A stretch of 64,000 nt of DNA from an uncultured Acidobacteriota bacterium. Lineage in GTDB: Bacteria > Acidobacteriota > Blastocatellia > RBC074. The notes under the pieces are model-generated. The model did not search any database. It was not told the origin of the DNA and saw only the letters and a list, made by a program, of their open reading frames with translations. Made by a program: the position numbers and the translations under genes. Position 1 is the first letter of the stretch; each line of letters opens with the position of its first letter. Positions 11,530 to 20,936 of the stretch are shown one piece after another. The DNA lies in contig CAWCKY010000003.1 in assembly GCA_963796275.1 (NCBI GenBank), positions 864,001 to 928,000 of the forward strand, given 5' to 3'.

Positions 11530-12538
11530 AAATCATTCCAGCCGTCTCTATGTTCCGCTCATCTCCGCTCGCCATCAGGTCGGCGTACACCAGAAGTGCG
11601 GGTGCGGTGTCCGGATGATCGGAATTGCGGTCAAATGCCCAGAACTTCTTCAACAATTCGATGTCGCCGTTTTTGTCCGGTCGAAACCTGTACCTCAATT
11701 GCACGGCCGCCAGTTTATTGGACGAATAAATGGTTTTGACTTGCGGTCTGAGGTATCTGGTCAGTTTTGCGGCCGCGACCTCTCCGCTCCAGCAGGCGTT
11801 CATCTCCTCCAACTTTACTTCTTTCCACCAATCGGGATTCTCCGAGCTGAAGCGGGAAATCAATAATTTCGGTCTCAGACGTTCCGAATAGGCTTCGCCC
11901 CATCGTCTGATCAACTCCTCGTGTTTCATCAGCCTGCGCTCTCTACCCTCCCGGTTAATCAGATAACCCGCGCTTTTCAGGTCCTCCATCACCTGGCTCA
12001 CCGCGCCTAAAGAAACATCGGCAGCCGTGCCGATATCACGGTAAGACGAAGCGGCAAGCGCCGGCCTGCACAGCAGAGCAAAAAGTACCCTGATCCCCGT
12101 CGATGAAAAAAATCGCGCCGGCCTCGATTTGACCACTCCTTCCGAGCGACGGTTTCCCGTGATCAGAACAAACAGGGGCGGCTGATTAAGGAATGCATTA
12201 CCCGCTATATCGATGAACTGCGTGTTAGCCCGCCTCAGTTTCTCCGCCTGTTGAGGCGTCACATATCGGGTAATCAGAACTCCCGGCTGCGATCTCGCCT
12301 CTCTCAACTCCGTTATCACATAACCTAAAATGTCGTTCGTCAAATTCTTCTTTATGATGGCAGAGAATGCCCATCGTTGATCTTCAACGGTGAGCCCGAT
12401 TATCGCAGCAGTTTCCCCACCAGCCATCTTTGCCGGAAGCTTTAACCGAGCATCGAGTCCGGTGGATTCCTTTAATGACGCAATCGCCTTCTCAAGTATT
12501 TCTCGTTCCGGATCGGTCATCTCGGCATTTTTGTGCAC
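11492..12538 (-). CDS. AbiEi-like antitoxin/transcriptional regulator (type IV TA, AbiEi_2-like)
   Basis: FIDIAGNAFL, winged-HTH RDIGTAADVSLGAVSQVMEDL, WSGEVAAAKLT, LLVYADL. GGAGG SD precedes the GTG at 12538; overlaps the downstream nucleotidyltransferase gene. Confidence 0.85.
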   Translation of the reverse strand: MHKNAEMTDPEREILEKAIASLKESTGLDARLKLPAKMAGGETAAIIGLTVEDQRWAFSAIIKKNLTNDILGYVITELREARSQPGVLITRYVTPQQAEKLRRANTQFIDIAGNAFLNQPPLFVLITGNRRSEGVVKSRPARFFSSTGIRVLFALLCRPALAASSYRDIGTAADVSLGAVSQVMEDLKSAGYLINREGRERRLMKHEELIRRWGEAYSERLRPKLLISRFSSENPDWWKEVKLEEMNACWSGEVAAAKLTRYLRPQVKTIYSSNKLAAVQLRYRFRPDKNGDIELLKKFWAFDRNSDHPDTAPALLVYADLMASGDERNIETAGMIYDRYIIRSFGET

Positions 12539-12546
12539 TTTTACCT

Positions 12547-12586
12547 CCTGTTCATTACTTGTGAACACTGGGAAATTGTGAACAGG
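12547..12586. promoter_or_regulatory. Candidate AbiEi operator (TGTTCA-N7-TGAACA plus a second TTGTGAACA)
   Basis: Inverted and direct repeats immediately upstream of the antitoxin RBS. Confidence 0.45.
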
Positions 12587-12791
12587 TAGTTTATTATTGT
12601 CAATATAGAAAATGGACGCCGGATAAGAAGCGGGCATTTAAAATCGAGGGTTCTAAAATTATAATTTATTGCCTCCGGATCAAACCTATCAAAACAATCC
12701 ATCCCCAACAGAGATGAACATATTTTCCGGGGTTCCCATTATCGATCGAGACCATTCTCGACTGGAAAATATTGGGTAAGGAGGGTTGACC

Positions 12792-13196
12792 ATGGAATCT
12801 CTGACGATTGAGGAGATTTTCAAGCAATTTGCCGGATATGTCGCACTGATGATGGAGGTCATCTCGGTAATTCTCATCGCGATTGGTGCGATAGAAGCAA
12901 TTCGTTACCTGATGCGACCGAAATACGATCCGCACATACCATTCGGCTGGATGAGAGAGGTATTTCTCCACTTAGGATAATGGCTGCTGCTGGGCCTCGA
13001 GTTTGCACTGGCGGCTGACATCGTGCGAACCGCCATATCGCCTACCTGGGTACAGGTCGGTCAGTTGGCAGCGATTGCCGCCATCAGGACGGGTCTCAAC
13101 TACTTCCTTGAAAAGGACGTAGAGAAGTTTTCGGAAAAAGCGGCTATCGCGGGAGAGAAACGGGAATCCGTTCGAGAAGTTGGGGCGAGGGCATAG
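12792..13196 (+). pseudogene. DUF1622 membrane protein with in-frame TAA at 12978-12980
   Basis: After the stop the same frame reads WLLLGLEFALAADIVRTAISPTW...IRTGLNYFLEKD, the DUF1622 signature, to TAG at 13194-13196. Confidence 0.8.
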
Positions 13197-13216
13197 GATG
13201 AGATACCGAACCGAAA

Positions 13217-13675
13217 CTATTTCTTCGTGATAATCAGAAGGGCTTTATATTCGTGAGATTGAAGGGAGTCATTCGGCCTCGGGCGCGGCTTCAACGCAAC
13301 CAGCCTGATATCGTAGTTCAGATATGAAGAACCCTTAGGATCAACGTCGGTGTTTAGCTCGATGGTCGCAGGCGCTTGCTTCTGTTTGCTTGATTTGAGC
13401 TTGATCTTCGCGTTGCCCGACCAGATGCAGTCCACGCCTTCCGGGCAGCGGCTGTCCTCAATCACCGATTCAAACGCGACTGCCAAACCTTCGCTTTCAA
13501 TCATCGCCTCCTGATCGATCTTCAGCTCGAACTCTTCGCCTACTCTAACCACATCCGCCTTCCTCGATTGCTGCGCGAACAAGATGGCGGAGGAAAAAAG
13601 AAAGGCAAAGAGGGCGATGTATCCCAAAAATAGCTTGTTTCCCCTCACTTTGCCTTCTTTGTTTCCTCTTTGCAT
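13217..13675 (-). CDS. Secreted hypothetical protein with DSRCP-x3-C-x-W-x-G motif
   Basis: Signal peptide; EDSRCPEGVDCIWSGNA. Confidence 0.75.
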   Translation of the reverse strand: MQRGNKEGKVRGNKLFLGYIALFAFLFSSAILFAQQSRKADVVRVGEEFELKIDQEAMIESEGLAVAFESVIEDSRCPEGVDCIWSGNAKIKLKSSKQKQAPATIELNTDVDPKGSSYLNYDIRLVALKPRPRPNDSLQSHEYKALLIITKK

Positions 13676-13845
13676 TTGCTTTACGGGAGACGACAGCTAA
13701 ACGGCTGGAGTCTCCGGCCCTAAGAATCAAAGACGTCGAATATCAGCTCCGCCGGACCGTTATCGTAATAATTCAGCAATAAGGTTCAGCGACGCCGTTA
13801 GCTATATGGTAAAGGCAAACCCGAACATTATTCAATGTCATGCAG

Positions 13846-13931
13846 GCTGTGCGCATCCGTCCAAGCGTGCCAGGCTTAATCTATCGGCTTTTGATAGAAC
13901 CCAGCACGCTGGATGGAAGCGTGCTGCTATG
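13846..13931. repeat. REP-like palindromic doublet
   Basis: Perfect 9-bp stem CAGCACGCT-N7-AGCGTGCTG (13902-13926) plus an imperfect inverted partner at ~13846-13875. Confidence 0.45.
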
Positions 13932-14002
13932 GTTTCGCCAGCGGACCATGGATGGATACCGGCACGCTGGAAGATTCTACTAGCGAATTCGTTTATCTGG
14001 GA

Positions 14003-14151
14003 TCGCCAGAGGCGCGATATGTTTATAGATTTTTTCGTAATAGTGCCCCAGCTCCGGAGCAGCGGCATATAAAACGGCATCATATGTCGCTCCTCCGGGG
14101 CTGGAGATATTTACTTGCCATGTTCTATAAACGTAACGCTCCTCCGGAGCT
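14003..14151. repeat. ~150-bp composite palindromic element (REPIN/MITE-like), copy 1
   Basis: Four related short palindromic units (CGCCAGAGGCGCG, GCTCCGGAGCAGCG, CGCTCCTCCGGGGC, CGCTCCTCCGGAGC) arranged as a nested inverted repeat with TTTATAG/CTATAAA arms. Confidence 0.75.
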
Positions 14152-14232
14152 AAGAGCCGATAATTTCATTTTCTGAATTCGCCAGCAGAATCGTCCGGCC
14201 TGCGCTTTCGCGTGCTCGCATCCGAATGATCT

Positions 14233-14290
14233 ACGGCGTGCCCGGCGATCACTTACTGGCGTGGCCAGTGAAATGTCGCCGGGACATCCG
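14233..14290. terminator. Long GC-rich hairpin downstream of the M36 gene
   Basis: CCCGGCGA...ACTGGC-GTG-GCCAGT...TCGCCGGG nested stem; no clear U-tract. Confidence 0.35.
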
Positions 14291-14350
14291 TCAATCGTTT
14301 CGGTGATAACGGCGCGGAGAGTGATCGGGCGGCCGTTCGTTAATCACCGT

Positions 14351-17300
14351 TTATCGTAGACGCAACGATGAAGTCGCGCTCCCCTGCGTCTGAGGTTGCT
14401 GGTCGTGTGTAGTCGGTATAGTGACCGTCACCGAGAAATTTCTGACGGTCGTCGACCCGTCCTGTCTGGTCCCTTTGATCCAGACGGTCGTGATCCCGAT
14501 CGGGAAGAACGAACCGGAAGGAGGATCGCTGGTCACCACGCCGCAGCTTCCCGCGAAGGTTGGCGCCGGATAATTGACGAAGGCGCCGCTCAGGCCCGGG
14601 GTCCTGTTCACGAGAATGTTTGCCACTCTGTTCAGTGTACAGGGCGAATTGCAGCAGGACGGATCAGTAGTAGTGACGTTCAGCTGCCACCCGCCGTTGA
14701 TATTTCCGACGAAACCGCCGACATCGTCAACCGCAAACAGGCTCCACGTCCCATTGGGATTCAAGGCGTTGAAGATCGAGAGCAGTTGCGGGTCGGGATA
14801 CGGCCCGGCGGGCGCCGGGGCAGGGAAGAGATCGCCCGCTCCGATGTTTGTCGGTCTGAATGTGCCGGAGACGATCGCTGGGCCAATTGAGCCAGCTGTG
14901 TCATCGAATGTCAGATTGGCATTGGCCACGCTTATGCCCGACCCAAGGTCGGACATAAGGAGCAGTTTCTGCCCTCCCGGCCCGACCAGCAGAACATCGA
15001 CATCGTCGGGGAAACTGCTGAAGTTGAAGTCGAAGAGGTTCGCCGTCACCTTGCTTATCATACCGGTGACGCCTGAGACCTCAATGGATGACGGATAAGG
15101 ATTGGCCGGCGCTCCCGTTCCGGCGCCTGTGCCGGTCCCCGGGATGAGGATCGAGGCGAGGTTGGAGAAAGACGATGTGGCGGAAATCGTCGAGCCGACC
15201 GTCATAGTGAAGTTCACCGTGCCGAGACTCATAGCGCCGTCCTGCAGCGCCAGGGTCGCCGTGAGATTGCCGCCGCAGACCCCGGCAGCCGTGAAGGTGA
15301 AGGGCCGGGCGACCGCCGGACCGCCCGGAATCAGGACTCCGTAAGCCTGCGGGGCGCTCGGCGCGAGGACCCCGCCGCCGGCGAGCAGCGTGGCGGTCAG
15401 GTTGGTGGTATTGCCCGTGCCGATGTTCAGGAGCGGGAAGGCGGCCGTCACGGTCTCGTCCGCATCGGGCGCGCCGTTGCCGGGAGCGCAACTCTCGTTG
15501 GTCACCGTGACGGGCGGCGCCGCCTGCATCTCAGGCGTCCCGGGCACGCCGCAGCAGGCGAACCGCTGGCGGGAGATTTCGAGTGTGACGCACCCGACCG
15601 TCCCGACATCCGCGGGCCCGACGTCCGCTATTCTCAAGATCCAGGTCCCGGATACGGGCTTGCCGTTGAAGGCCGATAACGGCGAGTCGGGTCTGAACGG
15701 GCCCGCAAAGGGAGCCGCGCCCGCGCCGATCGTGATCAGCGCCGAATCATCAAAGACCGTCGGGGTGCCCGAACAATCGTTCGCCCCCGATCCGAAGTTG
15801 TCGCCGTTGCCCCCGCGGTTATTGGCGAGCGCGACCGCCGTCCCGTCCGGTCCGATCAGCGTCATCACCAGGTCGCCATCGAAGGTGTGGTTCAAACGAA
15901 GCCTGAGGTTGACATCCGCCACCGCGCCGACATCAGTCACGTTGATCGGGATGTCCAGCGTGCCGAGGTCGGGAATCGACGTTGCGATATTGCCGCTGCT
16001 GTAATTGGTGGTGATGGTGACCACCGGTCGGCCGACCTGCAGGTTGAAAGTCCTGGTCACTGTACCGAAGCTGCTGGTGATGTCCACGGTCACCGGCAAT
16101 TGGCTTCCGCAGTCGGCGTCCGGCGGGACGGTGAAGGGAACGCCGCGCGAGGCCGTCGCTCCGCCCGGAATGTCACCGTAGCTGATCGGGCTGCCGCCGT
16201 TTACCGAGATGGTCACCTCGCTCGCCCCCACCGAGCAGAACGGATTGCTGAGCGGGATGTTCAGCGTCAGCGTTTCGCCCGGATCGGCGAATCCGTCGGG
16301 CGGCGGGCAGGAATCGTCCGTTATCGTCACCGCGCCCACATTTAGATTGGGCGTGTCGAAAGCCTCGACCACCGAGGGCGAGCTGGAAGAGATAGCGCTG
16401 GCGCTGGCGCCCATGCCGCGGGCGGCGAATCCGCTCCAGATGTCCAGTTCATCCTCACCGCCGAAGGCGCTGCAGCTCGCGCTCAGGATGGAATCGCGCG
16501 CCTGCAGCATGGTCGGATTTGCCGGATCGAGCTTCATCCCGTCCGTCACCAGTTGCAGCGCACGCTGGTTGCCGGCGGCGAATCCCATGCGGTCGACAAT
16601 CCGCGCGCGCACTTCCCACAAAGCGGAGCACCAGACCTCGCCGATGTTGTGCACCTGGAAGGCGGTGCCGGAACCGATCGGCCCGCGCGGGAATGCGCCG
16701 TCGGTGAGATTGATCTGGGCCGGGTCGATGTCGGCGAAGGTCAGCGGATTGTGGGGCCTGCCGTTGGGCCCGACCGTCGAGATCGTCGCGTGCGGGAATC
16801 GCCGAATGCCGTAGTAATAATTGTCGGTAAATCCAGCCACTATCCCGAGGGTCGAATATCCGCCCATGGCGTATATCCCGTGCGGATCATCGCCCGGCCG
16901 AGACAGGAGCGAGAGCGCGTAGAAATCCGACCATCCCTCACCCATTCCGCCCGACATCGGAGCGTTCAGACCCGCGCCGTTATTGTGCAGGCGATTGGAT
17001 GTGCCGTGCGTCAGTTCGTGGATGATGATCTCCTGGTCGAGCCCCGAGGAACGGTCCGGATCCGCGCCGTTGAAGATGTACATCTGCATGCGCCCCGACG
17101 ACCCGTCAGGCGGGGTCGAGAAGTTGGCATTGCTGGTGCCGGAGAAATCCTGCCCCTGGGCCAGGACGCGGTCATTGCCGAGCCCGCCCCGGCCGAAATT
17201 GTCCAGCTGGAAGTTGCGCGCCGCTTCGGTGAAACCGAGCTCGTAGAGCCGGTCGTGATAGCGGTTGACCCAGAAGAACATATTGACGGCTTCGCCCAAA

Positions 17301-18565
17301 CGGTAGGCGGGCAGAGTCGGAGAGTCGCCCGGGGGCGGAATGCCCGGCGCGGGATTGTAAATGAAGTCGAAGACGCGATCGGGCGAGCCGATGGGACGCC
17401 CGTCCGCATCGATGCCGTCTGGCGCGACCAGGTCCATGCCGGAGTCCACATTATTGCCGGTCGTCGTATTGGCGCCGTCGGTGAGCCATCCCAGATTGTT
17501 GAACTCACCCTCGCTGATCAGCGTGAGTGAAGTTCGTGGGATAGCCGCGCCCTGAGTGCCCGAGCCTGGCAGCGCGGTTGTCGGCGAGAGCGGGGCCGGG
17601 CTCCTCCCATCGTAGATCACGTAGGTGGCGGGTTGCGTCTGATCACTGGTGATGTTCTTACGCCACAAAAGCTCGCCCTGTTCGGCGTCCACCAGCGTGT
17701 AGTAGGCCGGCGTTTCCTGCCACAACACCATCGACCAGGCCAGGGTGGCCAATCCCGCGTCCAGCGGGAAGTATTGCAATTCGACCGCGACATCGCCGGT
17801 GAGCCCTCCGGTAGGATGAAAAACGACGGTCCGGCCGTCCGGGGACGACTCTTTTACGGCCAACTGGTCCTCGGTCAAAGTGAGGCCGACCGAAGCCGCG
17901 GCGGCCACCACGGCCTGGGCCGCGCTGATCCGCGGAGTAATCGCCAAGTCCTCCTCCGCCGGTCCGCCCGTGACTTCTCCCACCACCCGCACGAGCTCGC
18001 CGCCGCTGGTGAAGGCAGCCACCACCTCGCCTCGGAATACCCGCATCCCATTCCACCGCTGTTCCATCTTCACCCACGAAAGCCTGCCGTTCGGATTGGT
18101 GTAATCGGCGATCTTCCTGAGGCTATTCAATTGACGCGGGCTCATCCCGAACATATCGGCGTTATCGCTGATGAATCCGCGCATGATGTTCTCGCGCGGC
18201 TGCTGGGAGCGCGCGGTCAATGATCGGCGGCCTTTGCCCCTCATTTCGACGACTTCAGGAGAGTTGGTCAGGCTGGAGATGGCTGCTTGCAGTCCCGGCA
18301 CGCTCCCGGATTTTCTCCCTCGGGCGCTCGTCATCACCTGCTTGAGGTGGGCGTTCTTCTCCCTCTGCCTCGAAGAAAATTTTTCCAGGCGCCGCTCTAA
18401 CCTCGTGACGGCGTCTTTGGTGGTTTGGTCGCGAATATCGAAGTTCTCTTTTGCGACATCGATGGCGGCGGGCCCGGCCGCCTGCATCAGGAAATCCCGG
18501 AACAGAGTTGAAGCCATTAGTGCGACGACGATAGCCGCACAAATCCACAGGGAGGTTTTTTTCAT
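14351..18565 (-). CDS. Secreted M36 (fungalysin) metallopeptidase with propeptide, proprotein-convertase P domains and C-terminal HYR-like domain
   Basis: Signal peptide; HELTHG and GEGWSD zinc motifs; VHNIGEVW; P-domain motifs HTFDGDLVMTLIGPDG and GTWILRIAD; HYR-like GSFFPIGITTV. Confidence 0.92.
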   Translation of the reverse strand: MKKTSLWICAAIVVALMASTLFRDFLMQAAGPAAIDVAKENFDIRDQTTKDAVTRLERRLEKFSSRQREKNAHLKQVMTSARGRKSGSVPGLQAAISSLTNSPEVVEMRGKGRRSLTARSQQPRENIMRGFISDNADMFGMSPRQLNSLRKIADYTNPNGRLSWVKMEQRWNGMRVFRGEVVAAFTSGGELVRVVGEVTGGPAEEDLAITPRISAAQAVVAAAASVGLTLTEDQLAVKESSPDGRTVVFHPTGGLTGDVAVELQYFPLDAGLATLAWSMVLWQETPAYYTLVDAEQGELLWRKNITSDQTQPATYVIYDGRSPAPLSPTTALPGSGTQGAAIPRTSLTLISEGEFNNLGWLTDGANTTTGNNVDSGMDLVAPDGIDADGRPIGSPDRVFDFIYNPAPGIPPPGDSPTLPAYRLGEAVNMFFWVNRYHDRLYELGFTEAARNFQLDNFGRGGLGNDRVLAQGQDFSGTSNANFSTPPDGSSGRMQMYIFNGADPDRSSGLDQEIIIHELTHGTSNRLHNNGAGLNAPMSGGMGEGWSDFYALSLLSRPGDDPHGIYAMGGYSTLGIVAGFTDNYYYGIRRFPHATISTVGPNGRPHNPLTFADIDPAQINLTDGAFPRGPIGSGTAFQVHNIGEVWCSALWEVRARIVDRMGFAAGNQRALQLVTDGMKLDPANPTMLQARDSILSASCSAFGGEDELDIWSGFAARGMGASASAISSSSPSVVEAFDTPNLNVGAVTITDDSCPPPDGFADPGETLTLNIPLSNPFCSVGASEVTISVNGGSPISYGDIPGGATASRGVPFTVPPDADCGSQLPVTVDITSSFGTVTRTFNLQVGRPVVTITTNYSSGNIATSIPDLGTLDIPINVTDVGAVADVNLRLRLNHTFDGDLVMTLIGPDGTAVALANNRGGNGDNFGSGANDCSGTPTVFDDSALITIGAGAAPFAGPFRPDSPLSAFNGKPVSGTWILRIADVGPADVGTVGCVTLEISRQRFACCGVPGTPEMQAAPPVTVTNESCAPGNGAPDADETVTAAFPLLNIGTGNTTNLTATLLAGGGVLAPSAPQAYGVLIPGGPAVARPFTFTAAGVCGGNLTATLALQDGAMSLGTVNFTMTVGSTISATSSFSNLASILIPGTGTGAGTGAPANPYPSSIEVSGVTGMISKVTANLFDFNFSSFPDDVDVLLVGPGGQKLLLMSDLGSGISVANANLTFDDTAGSIGPAIVSGTFRPTNIGAGDLFPAPAPAGPYPDPQLLSIFNALNPNGTWSLFAVDDVGGFVGNINGGWQLNVTTTDPSCCNSPCTLNRVANILVNRTPGLSGAFVNYPAPTFAGSCGVVTSDPPSGSFFPIGITTVWIKGTRQDGSTTVRNFSVTVTIPTTHDQQPQTQGSATSSLRLR

Positions 18566-18996
18566 TTGTAAATGTCTCTCCTTTTTGGTTGAGGATGGGA
18601 AGATATAGGTTCAACGAGACGGTTAAGCCGGAAATCGCGTGAAACTTCCGCCAACTCGCCGAAATGGCAAGCGAGCGGATTGCGCCCGGAGAACAGAATT
18701 TGTGTAATAGAAAAAGAGCCTGCCTGAACTTCAGGCGACTACGATGCTTACTTAAACTGCATAGCTGATGAAGATAGTGAGCTGCTGAGCAATCTATCCG
18801 GAAGTTTTTACCGATAAAATTGTTGGCAAATTGCCGCGGCTTATCGAGAAATTTACTGCGAGCGCAATCTAAAGGTAGCCATTATGACTTGTCAATGGCG
18901 TAATTCGAAAGAATTGGATTATTTTTCACAACTGTATATCGATTGAATCCTGTATGGTGCTGCAAATAAGGTAAACAATTTTTGGGAGACATCGCC

Positions 18997-19011
18997 AGGC
19001 ATATTCATTGC
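18997..19011 (+). promoter_or_regulatory. sigma54 -24/-12 promoter
   Basis: AGGCAT-ATTCA-TTGC upstream of the APH/AAA gene. Confidence 0.6.
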
Positions 19012-19037
19012 ATGATGAGTTTGCATGGGACAAGACA

Positions 19038-20701
19038 TGGATCCCAGATACGATGAAGGAAATCGGACAGAAGCCGATATTGACTCAGATGACATTGACC
19101 GTCGGACAGAGATGCAATCCTGGCTCAATATGGTTGAACGCCTTTCGCATGCGCCCGAATGGTCGCCGGACGAATCGCCGATTGAGATGGTTCAGACTCA
19201 CATCTCTGTCGTGCTGCTTGGGCGGAAACACGTTCTTAAATTAAAAAAGCCGGTCGATTTCGGATTCCTCGATTACACGACGCTGGAGAAACGCCGGCTT
19301 GCGTGCGAGGCCGAGGTCAGATTGAATCGCCGGCTCTGCCCGGACATCTATCTTGGCATTCAGCCGGTGACAGAGGTCGACGGAGAAGCATCCATATCGT
19401 CGGAAGGGCAGATTATCGATTATGGCGTGTGGATGAAGCGGCTTCCTTCCGATCGCATGCTCGACCGAATGGTAGCGGATGGAGCGGCGAATGAAGATGT
19501 GATTAACCGCGTGGCAGGCAGACTCACCCGTTTCCATCGGATGGCGCGCCGGGGCCCTTCGGTAAATGCCAATGGGCGGCCGGTAGCGATCCAGCGCAAC
19601 TGGGAGGAGAATTTCCTTCAGACTGCAAAATATGGGGGGCGGACGATCGCCACGCAAGCCTATGACGAGATTCGCGCCTGGGTATCTCGCTGGATGGTAA
19701 AGTCCGACGAATTGTTGCGCCGCCGTGTACGCGATGGACGCATTTGCGATGGGCATGGCGATTTACGATGCGAGAGCGTCTGCGTTACTGATCGGATTTG
19801 TATTTTCGACTGCATTGAATTCAACGATCGCTTCCGCTGTGGCGATGTCGCCAGCGAAGTCGCGTTTCTGGAGATGGACCTGTATCAACGGGGCCGCCCA
19901 GATCTCGCGTACTATTTCAGCGATTGTTACCAGCTGCATACGGATGACAGCGAACTCTTTTCCCTCTTGCCGTTCTATCGTTGTTATCGCGCTTACGTTC
20001 GCGGAAAGGTGCTCAGCTTTCGGCTGGATGAGCCCGAGTTCAGTGAAGAGCAACGGATATCCGCCGCGACACGGGCTACTGACTATTTCAAACTAGCCCG
20101 CCGCTTTGCCGCTCCGCTGGAACGGCCCACGATGATCGCTGTGGTGGGGCTATCCGGAACCGGCAAGACTTCGGTGGCTCGCTCTATCGCGGTAGAACTC
20201 GGTTTGCGGGTGATCTCTTCCGACACCGTACGCAAGGAACTCTTCAACAATGCGGCTCATCCGCATGGCTATGGAGTGGGCATTTACAGTCCGGATGCCA
20301 ATCGGCTTACCTATCAGAATCTACTGGATAGGGGGCGCAATATGTTCGAGGAAGACAGGGGTGTCGTCCTCGATGCGACTTTCCAGCGTGCTGAAGACCG
20401 GAGACGAGCGCGAGAGCTGGCTTCCATGCTCGGCGCTGAGTGGCGGCTGATCGAGTGCCAGTTAATGCCTGATCTGGTGAAACCGCGTCTTGCGCGCCGG
20501 AGTGACGGTGGAAATGGTCTTTCCGACGCAACTTGGGAGACCTACTTGCGACAACGCGAAGAGTTCGACCCGATCGCTGAAGCTGCCGGCGCCACATATT
20601 TACTCCTCGACAACAGCGGCGGTCTGCCGTCTGTCGGTCAGGCGGCTACCGATTGGCTGCGGGCTAATCAAGGCGTCACCAACAATGCGTATCGCGTTTG
20701 A
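19038..20701 (+). CDS. Bifunctional aminoglycoside-phosphotransferase-like kinase / AAA_33 P-loop protein (COG2187-like)
   Basis: QTHISVV, KLKKPVDFGFLDY, DGHGDLR, IFDCIEFNDRFR; P-loop GLSGTGKT; VVLDATF; SDAT. Start uncertain: the frame opens at 19025 and has later Met codons. Confidence 0.88.
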
Positions 20702-20717
20702 GCATAGGAGAGCAGCT

Positions 20718-20870
20718 ATGATCAGAAAACTGAAATCGGGCAAGTACCGGCTCTACTCGCGCAAGAAAGACCCAAAAAGCGGTAAACGCCGCAATCTGGG
20801 CACGTTCGACACGCGGGAGGAGGCAGAGAAGCATGAACGTGCGGTACAGTATTTCAAGCGGAAAGGTTGA
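20718..20870 (+). CDS. Small basic hypothetical protein (50 aa)
   Basis: AGGAG SD; MIRKLKSGKYRLYSRKKDPKSGKRRNLGTFDTREEAEKHERAVQYFKRKG fills the gap between two co-oriented genes. Confidence 0.8.
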   Translation: MIRKLKSGKYRLYSRKKDPKSGKRRNLGTFDTREEAEKHERAVQYFKRKG

Positions 20871-20936
20871 ACGTCGGACATAGTGCTTATGATCGAGGCG
20901 GTCGAGAGTTAGGGATTCATTTTTAGTTTCAGGCTT

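Noticed and set aside
12978-12980. Programmed stop readthrough or recoding in DUF1622
   Set aside because: The codon is TAA (not TGA or TAG), neighbouring genes use TAA as a normal stop, and no recoding signal was seen.
13806-14176. Short ORFs in the 13.8-14.2 kb gap
   Set aside because: They overlap palindromic repeats on both strands and lack an RBS or protein-like features.
14396-18608. Many plus-strand ORFs over the M36 gene
   Set aside because: Shadow ORFs expected opposite a high-GC gene.
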